A stretch of 64,000 nt of DNA from Eledone cirrhosa (lineage: Eukaryota). A program made the translations under genes and the position numbers. Positions within the stretch are counted from its first letter, which is position 1. The number at the start of each line of letters is the position of its first letter. The stretch covers positions 363,816,001-363,880,000 of the forward strand of contig OZ024742.1 of NCBI GenBank assembly GCA_964016885.1, given 5' to 3'. The notes below the pieces were generated by a model. It saw only the letters and a program-made list of their open reading frames with translations, was not told where the DNA came from and did no database searches. This document shows, one piece after another, positions 1 through 13,920 of this stretch.

Positions 1-465
1 TCACATGGAACTATCCTTCCTGCTAAGTTGGTTAGAATGTCACATGGAACTATCCTTCCTGCTAAGTTGGTTAGAATGTCAGATGGAACTATCCTTGGTG
101 CTAAGTTGGTTAGAATGTCACATGGAACTATCCTTCCTGCTAAGTTGGTTAGAATGTCAGATGGAACTATCCAAGCTGCTAAGTTGGTTAGAATGTCAGA
201 TGGAACTATCCTTCCTGCTAAGTTGGTTAGAATGTCAGATGGAACTATCCTTCCTGATAAGTTGGTTAGAATGTCACATGGAACTATCCTTCCTGCTAAG
301 TTGGTTAGAATGTCAGATGGAACTATCCTTCCTGCTAAGTTGGTTAGAATGTCAGATGGAACTATCCTTCCTGCTAAGTTGGTTAGAATGTCAGATGGAA
401 CTATCCTTCCTGCTAAGTTGGTTAGAATGTCAGATGGAACTATCCTTCCTGCTAAGTTGGTTAGA

Positions 466-1480
466 ATGTCAGATGGAACTATCCAAGCTGCTAAGTTGGT
501 TAGAATGTCAGATGGAACTATCCTTCCTGCTAAGTTGGTTAGAATGTCAGATGGAACTATCCTTCCTGCTAAGTTGGTTAGAATGTCAGATGGAACTATC
601 CTTCCTGCTAAGTTGGTTAGAATGTCAGATGGAACTATCCTTCCTGCTAAGTTGGTTAGAATGTCAGATGGAACTATCCAAGCTGCTAAGTTGGTTAGAA
701 TGTCAGATGGAACTATCCTTCCTGCTAAGTTGGTTAGAATGTCAGATGGAACTATCCTTCCTGCTAAGTTGGTTAGAATGTCAGATGGAACTATCCTTCC
801 TGCTAAGTTGGTTAGAATGTCAGATGGAACTATCCTTCCTGCTAAGTTGGTTAGAATGTCAGATGGAACTATCCAAGCTGCTAAGTTGGTTAGAATGTCA
901 GATGGAACTATCCTTCCTGCTAAGTTGGTTAGAATGTCAGATGGAACTATCCTTCCTGCTAAGTTGGTTAGAATGTCAGATGGAACTATCCTTCCTGCTA
1001 AGTTGGTTAGAATGTCAGATGGAACTATCCTTCCTGCTAAGTTGGTTAGAATGTCAGATGGAACTATCCAAGCTGCTAAGTTGGTTAGAATGTCAGATGG
1101 AACTATCCTTCCTGCTAAGTTGGTTAGAATGTCAGATGGAACTATCCTTCCTGCTAAGTTGGTTAGAATGTCAGATGGAACTATCCTTCCTGCTAAGTTG
1201 GTTAGAATGTCAGATGGAACTATCCTTCCTGCTAAGTTGGTTAGAATGTCAGATGGAACTATCCTTGGTGCTAAGTTGGTTAGAATGTCAGATGGAACTA
1301 TCCTTCCTGCTAAGTTGGTTAGAATGTCAGATGGAACTATCCTTCCTGCTAAGTTGGTTAGAATGTCAGATGGAACTATCCTTCCTGCTAAGTTGGTTAG
1401 AATGTCAGATGGAACTATCCTTCCTGCTAAGTTGGTTAGAATGTCAGATGGAACTATCCAAGCTGCTAAGTTGGTTAGAA
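466..1480. repeat. Local 5-mer (195-bp) higher-order repeat: one CAA-GCT unit followed by four CTT-CCT units
   Basis: The CAA variant occurs at 484, 679, 874, 1069 and 1459, and a GGT variant fills the expected slot at 1264. Spacing is 195 bp. Confidence 0.8.
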
Positions 1481-4400
1481 TGTCAGATGGAACTATCCTT
1501 CCTGCTAAGTTGGTTAGAATGTCAGATGGAACTATCCTTGGTGCTAAGTTGGTTAGAATGTCAGATGGAACTATCCTTCCTGCTAAGTTGGTTAGAATGT
1601 CAGATGGAACTATCCTTCCTGCTAAGTTGGTTAGAATGTCAGATGGAACTATCCTTCCTGCTAAGTTGGTTAGAATGTCAGATGGAACTATCCTTCCTGC
1701 TAAGTTGGTTAGAATGTCAGATGGAACTATCCTTCCTGCTAAGTTGGTTAGAATGTCAGATGGAACTATCCTTCCTGCTAAGTTGGTTAGAATGTCACAT
1801 GGAACTATCCTTCCTGCTAAGTTGGTTAGAATGTCAGATGGAACTATCCTTCCTGCTAAGTTGGTTAGAATGTCAGATGGAACTATCCTTCCTGCTAAGT
1901 TGGTTAGAATGTCACATGGAACTATCCTTCCTGCTAAGTTGGTTAGAATGTCAGATGGAACTATCCTTCCTGCTAAGTTGGTTAGAATGTCAGATGGAAC
2001 TATCCTTCCTGCTAAGTTGGTTAGAATGTCACATGGAACTATCCTTCCTGCTAAGTTGGTTAGAATGTCACATGGAACTATCCTTCCTGCTAAGTTGGTT
2101 AGAATGTCAGATGGAACTATCCTTCCTGCTAAGTTGGTTAGAATGTCAGATGGAACTATCCTTCCTGCTAAGTTGGTTAGAATGTCAGATGGAACTATCC
2201 CAGCTGCTAAGTTGGTTAGAATGTCAGATGGAACTATCCTTCCTGCTAAGTTGGTTAGAATGTCAGATGGAACTATCCTTGGTGCTAAGTTGGTTAGAAT
2301 GTCAGATGGAACTATCCAAGCTGCTAAGTTGGTTAGAATGTCAGATGGAACTATCCTTCCTGCTAAGTTGGTTAGAATGTCAGATGGAACTATCCTTGGT
2401 GCTAAGTTGGTTAGAATGTCAGATGGAACTATCCTTCCTGCTAAGTTGGTTAGAATGTCAGATGGAACTATCCCAGCTGCTAAGTTGGTTAGAATGTCAG
2501 ATGGAACTATCCTTCCTGCTAAGTTGGTTAGAATGTCAGATGGAACTATCCTTCCTGCTAAGTTGGTTAGAATGTCAGATGGAACTATCCTTCCTGCTAA
2601 GTTGGTTAGAATGTCAGATGGAACTATCCCAGCTGCTAAGTTGGTTAGAATGTCAGATGGAACTATCCTTCCTGCTAAGTTGGTTAGAATGTCAGATGGA
2701 ACTATCCTTGGTGCTAAGTTGGTTAGAATGTCACATGGAACTATCCTTCCTGCTAAGTTGGTTAGAATGTCAGATGGAACTATCCTTCCTGCTAAGTTGG
2801 TTAGAATGTCACATGGAACTATCCTTCCTGCTAAGTTGGTTAGAATGTCACATGGAACTATCCTTCCTGCTAAGTTGGTTAGAATGTCAGATGGAACTAT
2901 CCTTCCTGCTAAGTTGGTTAGAATGTCAGATGGAACTATCCTTCCTGCTAAGTTGGTTAGAATGTCACATGGAACTATCCTTGGTGCTAAGTTGGTTAGA
3001 ATGTCAGATGGAACTATCCTTGGTGCTAAGTTGGTTAGAATGTCACATGGAACTATCCTTCCTGCTAAGTTGGTTAGAATGTCAGATGGAACTATCCTTG
3101 CTGCTAAGTTGGTTAGAATGTCAGATGGAACTATCCTTCCTGCTAAGTTGGTTAGAATGTCAGATGGAACTATCCTTGGTGCTAAGTTGGTTAGAATGTC
3201 AGATGGAACTATCCTTGGTGCTAAGTTGGTTAGAATGTCACATGGAACTATCCTTCCTGCTAAGTTGGTTAGAATGTCAGATGGAACTATCCTTGCTGCT
3301 AAGTTGGTTAGAATGTCAGATGGAACTATCCTTCCTGCTAAGTTGGTTAGAATGTCAGATGGAACTATCCTTGGTGCTAAGTTGGTTAGAATGTCAGATG
3401 GAACTATCCTTGGTGCTAAGTTGGTTAGAATGTCAGATGGAACTATCCTTCCTGCTAAGTTGGTTAGAATGTCAGATGGAACTATCCTTCCTGCTAAGTT
3501 GGTTAGAATGTCAGATGGAACTATCCTAGCTGCTAAGTTGGTTAGAATGTCAGATGGAACTATCCTTCCTGCTAAGTTGGTTAGAATGTCAGATGGAACT
3601 ATCCTTCCTGCTAAGTTGGTTAGAATGTCACATGGAACTATCCTTGGTGCTAAGTTGGTTAGAATGTCAGATGGAACTATCCTTGGTGCTAAGTTGGTTA
3701 GAATGTTACATGGAACTATCCTTCCTGCTAAGTTGGTTAGAATGTCAGATGGAACTATCCTAGCTGCTAAGTTGGTTAGAATGTCAGATGGAACTATCCT
3801 TCCTGCTAAGTTGGTTAGAATGTCAGATGGAACTATCCTTGGTGCTAAGTTGGTTAGAATGTCAGATGGAACTATCCTTGGTGCTAAGTTGGTTAGAATG
3901 TCACATGGAACTATCCTTCCTGCTAAGTTGGTTAGAATGTCAGATGGAACTATCCTTGCTGCTAAGTTGGTTAGAATGTCAGATGGAACTATCCTTCCTG
4001 CTAAGTTGGTTAGAATGTCAGATGGAACTATCCTTGGTGCTAAGTTGGTTAGAATGTCAGATGGAACTATCCTTGGTGCTAAGTTGGTTAGAATGTCAGA
4101 TGGAACTATCCTTGGTGCTAAGTTGGTTAGAATGTCAGATGGAACTATCCTTGGTGCTAAGTTGGTTAGAATGCCAGATGGAACTATCCTTCCTGCTAAG
4201 TTGGTTAGAATGTCAGATGGAACTATCCTTCCTGCTAAGTTGGTTAGAATGTCAGATGGAACTATCCTTCCTGCTAAGTTGGTTAGAATGTCAGATGGAA
4301 CTATCCTTGCTGCTAAGTTGGTTAGAATGTCAGATGGAACTATCCTTGGTGCTAAGTTGGTTAGAATGTCAGATGGAACTATCCTTGGTGCTAAGTTGGT

Positions 4401-7290
4401 TAGAATGCCAGATGGAACTATCCTTCCTGCTAAGTTGGTTAGAATGTCAGATGGAACTATCCTTCCTGCTAAGTTGGTTAGAATGTCAGATGGAACTATC
4501 CTTCCTGCTAAGTTGGTTAGAATGTCACATGGAACTATCCTTCCTGCTAAGTTGGTTAGAATGTCACATGGAACTATCCTTCCTGCTAAGTTGGTTAGAA
4601 TGTCAGATGGAACTATCCTTGGTGCTAAGTTGGTTAGAATGTCAGATGGAACTATCCTTGGTGCTAAGTTGGTTAGAATGCCAGATGGAACTATCCTTCC
4701 TGCTAAGTTGGTTAGAATGTCAGATGGAACTATCCTTCCTGCTAAGTTGGTTAGAATGTCAGATGGAACTATCCTTCCTGCTAAGTTGGTTAGAATGTCA
4801 CATGGAACTATCCTTCCTGCTAAGTTGGTTAGAATGTCACATGGAACTATCCTTCCTGCTAAGTTGGTTAGAATGTCAGATGGAACTATCCTTCCTGCTA
4901 AGTTGGTTAGAATGTCAGATGGAACTATCCTTCCTGCTAAGTTGGTTAGAATGTCAGATGGAACTATCCTAGCTGCTAAGTTGGTTAGAATGTCAGATGG
5001 AACTATCCTTCCTGCTAAGTTGGTTAGAATGTCAGATGGAACTATCCTTCCTGCTAAGTTGGTTAGAATGTCAGATGGAACTATCCTAGCTGCTAAGTTG
5101 GTTAGAATGTCAGATGGAACTATCCTTCCTGCTAAGTTGGTTAGAATGTCAGATGGAACTATCCTTCCTGCTAAGTTGGTTAGAATGTCAGATGGAACTA
5201 TCCTTCCTGCTAAGTTGGTTAGAATGTCAGATGGAACTATCCTTGCTGCTAAGTTGGTTAGAATGTCAGATGGAACTATCCTTGGTGCTAAGTTGGTTAG
5301 AATGTCAGATGGAACTATCCTTGGTGCTAAGTTGGTTAGAATGCCAGATGGAACTATCCTTCCTGCTAAGTTGGTTAGAATGTCAGATGGAACTATCCTT
5401 CCTGCTAAGTTGGTTAGAATGTCAGATGGAACTATCCTTCCTGCTAAGTTGGTTAGAATGTCACATGGAACTATCCTTCCTGCTAAGTTGGTTAGAATGT
5501 CACATGGAACTATCCTTCCTGCTAAGTTGGTTAGAATGTCAGATGGAACTATCCTTGGTGCTAAGTTGGTTAGAATGTCAGATGGAACTATCCTTGGTGC
5601 TAAGTTGGTTAGAATGCCAGATGGAACTATCCTTCCTGCTAAGTTGGTTAGAATGTCAGATGGAACTATCCTTCCTGCTAAGTTGGTTAGAATGTCAGAT
5701 GGAACTATCCTTCCTGCTAAGTTGGTTAGAATGTCACATGGAACTATCCTTCCTGCTAAGTTGGTTAGAATGTCAGATGGAACTATCCTTCCTGCTAAGT
5801 TGGTTAGAATGTCAGATGGAACTATCCTTCCTGCTAAGTTGGTTAGAATGTCACATGGAACTATCCTTCCTGCTAAGTTGGTTAGAATGTCACATGGAAC
5901 TATCCTTCCTGCTAAGTTGGTTAGAATGTCAGATGGAACTATCCTTCCTGCTAAGTTGGTTAGAATGTCAGATGGAACTATCCTTCCTGCTAAGTTGGTT
6001 AGAATGTCAGATGGAACTATCCTAGCTGCTAAGTTGGTTAGAATGTCAGATGGAACTATCCTTCCTGCTAAGTTGGTTAGAATGTCAGATGGAACTATCC
6101 TTCCTGCTAAGTTGGTTAGAATGTCACATGGAACTATCCTTGGTGCTAAGTTGGTTAGAATGTCAGATGGAACTATCCTTGGTGCTAAGTTGGTTAGAAT
6201 GTCACATGGAACTATCCTTCCTGCTAAGTTGGTTAGAATGTCAGATGGAACTATCCTTGCTGCTAAGTTGGTTAGAATGTCAGATGGAACTATCCTTCCT
6301 GCTAAGTTGGTTAGAATGTCAGATGGAACTATCCTTGGTGCTAAGTTGGTTAGAATGTCAGATGGAACTATCCTTGGTGCTAAGTTGGTTAGAATGTCAC
6401 ATGGAACTATCCTTCCTGCTAAGTTGGTTAGAATGTCAGATGGAACTATCCTTCCTGCTAAGTTGGTTAGAATGTCAGATGGAACTATCCTTGGTGCTAA
6501 GTTGGTTAGAATGTCAGATGGAACTATCCTTGGTGCTAAGTTGGTTAGAATGTCAGATGGAACTATCCTTCCTGCTAAGTTGGTTAGAATATCAGATGGA
6601 ACTATCCTTCCTGCTAAGTTGGTTAGAATGTCAGATGGAACTATCCAAGCTGCTAAGTTGGTTAGAATGTCAGATGGAACTATCCTTCCTGCTAAGTTGG
6701 TTAGAATGTCAGATGGAACTATCCTTCCTGCTAAGTTGGTTAGAATGTCACATGGAACTATCCTTGGTGCTAAGTTGGTTAGAATGTCAGATGGAACTAT
6801 CCTTGGTGCTAAGTTGGTTAGAATGTAACATGGAACTATCCTTCCTGCTAAGTTGGTTAGAATGTCAGATGGAACTATCCTTCCTGCTAAGTTGGTTAGA
6901 ATGTCAGATGGAACTATCCTTGGTGCTAAGTTGGTTAGAATGTCAGATGGAACTATCCTTGGTGCTAAGTTGGTTAGAATGTCAGATGGAACTATCCTTG
7001 GTGCTAAGTTGGTTAGAATGTCAGATGGAACTATCCTTGGTGCTAAGTTGGTTAGAATGCCAGATGGAACTATCCTTCCTGCTAAGTTGGTTAGAATGTC
7101 AGATGGAACTATCCTTCCTGCTAAGTTGGTTAGAATGTCAGATGGAACTATCCTTCCTGCTAAGTTGGTTAGAATGTCAGATGGAACTATCCTTGCTGCT
7201 AAGTTGGTTAGAATGTCAGATGGAACTATCCTTGGTGCTAAGTTGGTTAGAATGTCAGATGGAACTATCCTTGGTGCTAAGTTGGTTAGA

Positions 7291-8577
7291 ATGCCAGATG
7301 GAACTATCCTTCCTGCTAAGTTGGTTAGAATGTCAGATGGAACTATCCTTGGTGCTAAGTTGGTTAGAATGTCAGATGGAACTATCCTTGGTGCTAAGTT
7401 GGTTAGAATGCCAGATGGAACTATCCTTCCTGCTAAGTTGGTTAGAATGTCAGATGGAACTATCCTTGGTGCTAAGTTGGTTAGAATGTCACATGGAACT
7501 ATCCTTGGTGCTAAGTTGGTTAGAATGCCAGATGGAACTATCCTTCCTGCTAAGTTGGTTAGAATGTCAGATGGAACTATCCTTGGTGCTAAGTTGGTTA
7601 GAATGTCAGATGGAACTATCCTTGGTGCTAAGTTGGTTAGAATGCCAGATGGAACTATCCTTCCTGCTAAGTTGGTTAGAATGTCAGATGGAACTATCCT
7701 TGGTGCTAAGTTGGTTAGAATGTCACATGGAACTATCCTTGGTGCTAAGTTGGTTAGAATGCCAGATGGAACTATCCTTCCTGCTAAGTTGGTTAGAATG
7801 TCAGATGGAACTATCCTTGGTGCTAAGTTGGTTAGAATGTCAGATGGAACTATCCTTGGTGCTAAGTTGGTTAGAATGCCAGATGGAACTATCCTTCCTG
7901 CTAAGTTGGTTAGAATGTCAGATGGAACTATCCTTGGTGCTAAGTTGGTTAGAATGTCAGATGGAACTATCTTTGGTGCTAAGTTGGTTAGAATGCCAGA
8001 TGGAACTATCCTTCCTGCTAAGTTGGTTAGAATGTCAGATGGAACTATCCTTGGTGCTAAGTTGGTTAGAATGTCAGATGGAACTATCCTTGGTGCTAAG
8101 TTGGTTAGAATGCCAGATGGAACTATCCTTCCTGCTAAGTTGGTTAGAATGTCAGATGGAACTATCCTTGGTGCTAAGTTGGTTAGAATGTCAGATGGAA
8201 CTATCCTTGGTGCTAAGTTGGTTAGAATGCCAGATGGAACTATCCTTCCTGCTAAGTTGGTTAGAATGTCAGATGGAACTATCCTTGGTGCTAAGTTGGT
8301 TAGAATGTCAGATGGAACTATCCTTGGTGCTAAGTTGGTTAGAATGCCAGATGGAACTATCCTTCCTGCTAAGTTGGTTAGAATGTCAGATGGAACTATC
8401 CTTGGTGCTAAGTTGGTTAGAATGTCAGATGGAACTATCCTTGGTGCTAAGTTGGTTAGAATGCCAGATGGAACTATCCTTCCTGCTAAGTTGGTTAGAA
8501 TGTCAGATGGAACTATCCTTGGTGCTAAGTTGGTTAGAATGTCACATGGAACTATCCTTGCTGCTAAGTTGGTTAGA
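7291..8577. repeat. Local 3-mer (117-bp) higher-order repeat, 11 copies: [ATGCCA..CCT][..GGT][..GGT]
   Basis: The ATGCCAGAT marker recurs every 117 bp from 7291 to 8461. Confidence 0.9.
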
Positions 8578-9479
8578 ATGTCCGATGGAACTATCCTTCC
8601 TGCTAAGTTGGTTAGAATGTCAGATGGAACTATCCTTGCTGCTAGGTTGGTTAGAATGTCAGATGGATCTATCCTTGCTGCTAAGTTGGTTAGAATGTCA
8701 GATGGAACTATCCTTCCTGCTAAGTTGGTTAGAATGTCACATGGAACTATCCAAGCTGCTAAGTTGGTTAGAATGTCAGATGGAACTATCCTTGGTGCTA
8801 AGTTGGTTAGAATGTCAGATGGAACTATCCTTGCTGCTAGGTTGGTTAGAATGTCAGATGGAACTATCCTTGCTGCTAAGTTGGTTAGAATGTCAGATGG
8901 AACTATCCTTCCTGCTAAGTTGGTTAGAATGTCACATGGAACTATCCAAGCTGCTAAGTTGGTTAGAATGTCAGATGGAACTATCCTTGGTGCTAAGTTG
9001 GTTAGAATGCCAGATGGAACTATCCTTCCTGCTAAGTTGGTTAGAATGTCAGATGGAACTATCCTTCCTGCTAAGTTGGTTAGAATGTCAGATGGAACTA
9101 TCCTTCCTGCTAAGTTGGTTAGAATGTCAGATGGAACTATCCTTGCTGCTAAGTTGGTTAGAATGTCAGATGGAACTATCCTTGGTGCTAAGTTGGTTAG
9201 AATGTCAGATGGAACTATCCTTGGTGCTAAGTTGGTTAGAATGCCAGATGGAACTATCCTTCCTGCTAAGTTGGTTAGAATGTCAGATGGAACTATCCTT
9301 GGTGCTAAGTTGGTTAGAATGTCACATGGAACTATCCTTGCTGCTAAGTTGGTTAGAATGTCAGATGGAACTATCCTTCCTGCTAAGTTGGTTAGAATGT
9401 CAGATGGAACTATCCTTGCTGCTAAGTTGGTTAGAATGTCAGATGGAACTATCCTTCCTGCTAAGTTGGTTAGAATGTC

Positions 9480-12400
9480 ACATGGAACTATCCAAGCTGC
9501 TAAGTTGGTTAGAATGTCAGATGGAACTATCCTTGGTGCTAAGTTGGTTAGAATGTCAGATGGAACTATCCTTGCTGCTAAGTTGGTTAGAATGTCAGAT
9601 GGAACTATCCTTGCTGCTAAGTTGGTTAGAATGTCAGATGGAACTATCCTTGCTGCTAAGTTGCTTAGAATGTCAGATGGAACTATCCTTGGTGCTAAGT
9701 TGGTTAGAATGTCAGATGGAACTATCCTTGCTGCTAAGTTGGTTAGAATGTCAGATGGAACTATCCTTGGTGCTAAGTTGGTTAGAATGTCAGATGGAAC
9801 TATCCTTGCTGCTAAGTTGGTTAGAATGTCACATGGAACTATCCTTGCTGCTAAGTTGGTTAGAATGTCAGATGGAGCTATCCTTGCTGCTAAGTTGGTT
9901 AGAATGTCACATGGAACTATCCTTGCTGCTAAGTTGGTTAGAATGTCACATGGATCTATCCAAGCTGCTAAGTTGGTTAGAATGTCAGATGGAACTATCC
10001 TTGCTGCTAAGTTGGTTAGAATGTCACATGGAACTATCCTTGCTGCTAAGTTGGTTAGAATGTCAGATGGAACTATCCTTCCTGCTAAGTTGGTTAGAAT
10101 GTCAGATGGAACTATCCTTCCTGCTAAGTTGGTTAGAATGTCAGATGGAACTATCCTAGCTGCTAAGTTGGTTAGAATGTCCGATGGAACTATCCAAGCT
10201 GCTAAGTTGGTTAGAATGTCAGATGGAACTATCCAAGCTGCTAAGTTGGTTAGAATGTCAGATGGAACTATCCAAGCTGCTAAGTTGGTTAGAATGTCCG
10301 ATGGAACTATCCAAGCTGCTAAGTTGGTTAGAATGTCCGATGGAACTATCCAAGCTGCTAAGTTGGTTAGAATGTCAGATGGAACTATCCTAGCTGCTAA
10401 GTTGGTTAGAATGTCAGATGGAACTATCCTAGCTGCTAAGTTGGTTAGAATGTCCGATGGAACTATCCTAGCTGCTAAGTTGGTTAGAATGTCCGATGGA
10501 ACTATCCAAGCTGCTAAGTTGGTTAGAATGTCAGATGGAACTATCCTTGCTGCTAAGTTGGTTAGAATATCAGATGGAACTATCCTAGCTGCTAAGTTGG
10601 TTAGAATGTCAGATGGAACTATCCTTCCTGCTAAGTTGGTTAGAATGTCAGATGGAACTATCCTAGCTGCTAAGTTGGTTAGAATGTCAGATGGAATTAT
10701 CCTTCCTGCTAAGTTGGTTAGAATGTCAGATGGAAATATCCAAGCCGCTAAATTGGTTAGAATGTCAGATGGAACTATCCTAGCTGCTAAGTTGGTTAGA
10801 ATGTCAGATGGAACTATCCTTCCTGCTAAGTTGGTTAGAATGTCACATGGAACTATCCTTGCTGCTAAGTTGGTTAGAATGTCAGATGGAACTATCCTTG
10901 CTGCTAAGTTGGTTAGAATGTCACATGGAACTATCCTTGCTGCTAAGTTGGTTAGAATGTCAGATGGAACTATCCTTCCTGCTAAGTTGGTTAGAATGTC
11001 AGATGGAACTATCCTTCCTGCTAAGTTGGTTAGAATGTCAGATGGAACTATCCTAGCTGCTAAGTTGGTTAGAATGTCCGATGGAACTATCCAAGCTGCT
11101 AAGTTGGTTAGAATGTCAGATGGAACTATCCAAGCTGCTAAGTTGGTTAGAATGTCCGATGGAACTATCGAAGCTGCTAAGTTGGTTAGAATGTCCGATG
11201 GAACTATCCAAGCTGCTAAGTTGGTTAGAATGTCAGATGGAACTATCCTTGGTGCTAAGTTGGTTAGAATGTCAGATGGAACTATCCTTGGTGCTAAGTT
11301 GGTTAGAATGCCAGATGGAACTATCCTTCCTGCTAAGTTGGTTAGAATGTCAGATGGAACTATCCTTGGTGCTAAGTTGGTTAGAATGTCAGATGGAACT
11401 ATCCTTGGTGCTAAGTTGGTTAGAATGTCAGATGGAACTATCCTTGGTGCTAAGTTGGTTAGAATGCCAGATGGAACTATCCTTCCTGCTAAGTTGGTTA
11501 GAATGTCAGATGGAACTATCCTTGCTGCTAAGTTGGTTAGAATGTCAGATGGAACTATCCTTCCTGCTAAGTTGGTTAGAGTGTCAAATGGAACTATCCT
11601 TGCTGCTAGGTTGGTTAGAATGTCAGATGGAACTATCCTTGCTGCTAAGTTGGTTAGAATGTCAGATGGAACTATCCTTCCTGCTAAGTTGGTTAGAATG
11701 TCACATGGAACTATCCAAGCTGCTAAGTTGGTTAGAATGTCAGATGGAACTATCCTTGGTGCTAAGTTGGTTAGTATGTCAGATGGAACTATCCTTGCTG
11801 CTAAGTTGGTTAGAATGTCAGATGGAACTATCCTTGCTGCTAAGTTGGTTAGAATGTCAGATGGAACTATCCTTGCTGCTAAGTTGCTTAGAATGTCAGA
11901 TGGAACTATCCTTGGTGCTAAGTTGGTTAGAATGTCAGATGGATCTATCCTTGCTGCTAAGTTGGTTAGAATGTCAGATGGAACTATCCTTGGTGCTAAG
12001 TTGGTTAGAATGTCAGATGGAACTATCCTTGCTGCTAAGTTGGTTAGAATGTCACATGGAACTATCCTTGCTGCTAAGTTGGTTAGAATGTCAGATGGAG
12101 CTATCCTTGCTGCTAAGTTGGTTAGAATGTCACATGGAACTATCCTTGCTGCTAAGTTGGTTAGAATGTCACATGGATCTATCCAAGCTGCTAAGTTGGT
12201 TAGAATGTCAGATGGAACTATCCTTGCTGCTAAGTTGGTTAGAATGTCACATGGAACTATCCTTGCTGCTAAGTTGGTTAGAATGTCAGATGGAACTATC
12301 CTTCCTGCTAAGTTGGTTAGAATGTCAGATGGAACTATCCTTCCTGCTAAGTTGGTTAGAATGTCAGATGGAACTATCCTAGCTGCTAAGTTGGTTAGAA

Positions 12401-13920
12401 TGTCCGATGGAACTATCCAAGCTGCTAAGTTGGTTAGAATGTCAGATGGAACTATCCAAGCTGCTAAGTTGGTTAGAATGTCAGATGGAACTATCCAAGC
12501 TGCTAAGTTGGTTAGAATGTCCGATGGAACTATCCAAGCTGCTAAGTTGGTTAGAATGTCCGATGGAACTATCCAAGCTGCTAAGTTGGTTAGAATGTCA
12601 GATGGAACTATCCTAGCTGCTAAGTTGGTTAGAATGTCAGATGGAACTATCCTAGCTGCTAAGTTGGTTAGAATGTCCGATGGAACTATCCTAGCTGCTA
12701 AGTTGGTTAGAATGTCCGATGGAACTATCCAAGCTGCTAAGTTGGTTAGAATGTCAGATGGAACTATCCTTGCTGCTAAGTTGGTTAGAATATCAGATGG
12801 AACTATCCTAGCTGCTAAGTTGGTTAGAATGTCAGATGGAACTATCCTTCCTGCTAAGTTGGTTAGAATGTCAGATGGAACTATCCTAGCTGCTAAGTTG
12901 GTTAGAATGTCAGATGGAATTATCCTTCCTGCTAAGTTGGTTAGAATGTCAGATGGAAATATCCAAGCCGCTAAATTGGTTAGAATGTCAGATGGAACTA
13001 TCCTAGCTGCTAAGTTGGTTAGAATGTCAGATGGAACTATCCTTCCTGCTAAGTTGGTTAGAATGTCAGATGGAACTATCCTTGCTGCTAAGTTGGTTAG
13101 AATGTCAGATGGAACTATCCTTGCTGCTAAGTTGGTTAGAATGTCACATGGAACTATCCTTGCTGCTAAGTTGGTTAGAATGTCAGATGGAACTATCCTT
13201 CCTGCTAAGTTGGTTAGAATGTCAGATGGAACTATCCTTCCTGCTAAGTTGGTTAGAATGTCAGATGGAACTATCCTAGCTGCTAAGTTGGTTAGAATGT
13301 CCGATGGAACTATCCAAGCTGCTAAGTTGGTTAGAATGTCAGATGGAACTATCCAAGCTGCTAAGTTGGTTAGAATGTCAGATGGAACTATCCAAGCTGC
13401 TAAGTTGGTTAGAATGTCCGATGGAACTATCCAAGCTGCTAAGTTGGTTAGAATGTCCGATGGAACTATCCAAGCTGCTAAGTTGGTTAGAATGTCAGAT
13501 GGAACTATCCTAGCTGCTAAGTTGGTTAGAATGTCAGATGGAACTATCCTAGCTGCTAAGTTGGTTAGAATGTCCGATGGAACTATCCTAGCTGCTAAGT
13601 TGGTTAGATGGCCGATGGAACTATCCAAGCTGCTAAGTTGGTTAGAATGTCAGATGGAACTATCCTTGCTGCTAAGTTGGTTAGAATATCAGATGGAACT
13701 ATCCTAGCTGCTAAGTTGGTTAGAATGTCAGATGGAACTATCCTTCCTGCTAAGTTGGTTAGAATGTCAGATGGAACTATCCTAGCTGCTAAGTTGGTTA
13801 GAATGTCAGATGGAATTATCCTTCCTGCTAAGTTGGTTAGAATGTCAGATGGAAATATCCAAGCCGCTAAATTGGTTAGAATGTCAGATGGAACTATCCT
13901 AGCTGCTAAGTTGGTTAGAA
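9480..13920. repeat. 57-monomer (2223-bp) block duplication with a nested 23-monomer (897-bp) re-duplication
   Basis: Rare markers repeat at fixed offsets: TTGCTTAGA 9661/11884, GGAGCT 9874/12097, CAAGCCGCTAAA 10741/12964/13860. Identical track ORFs start at 10184/12407/13304. Confidence 0.88.

Larger units (their letters stand above)
28..13607 (+). other. Repeat-derived open frame (MSDGTIL[P/A/G]AKLVR)n, probably not a functional CDS
   Basis: The frame is open for about 13.6 kb with one TAA at 6826-6828. It has no unique N- or C-terminal domain. Elsewhere in the array the same register carries copied stops and frameshifts. Confidence 0.1.

Noticed and set aside
25-48. Internal 12-13-bp sub-repeat origin of the monomer (AAGTTGGTTAGA vs ATGTCAGATGGA, 7/12 identical)
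   Set aside because: The similarity is too weak, and the third segment does not match.
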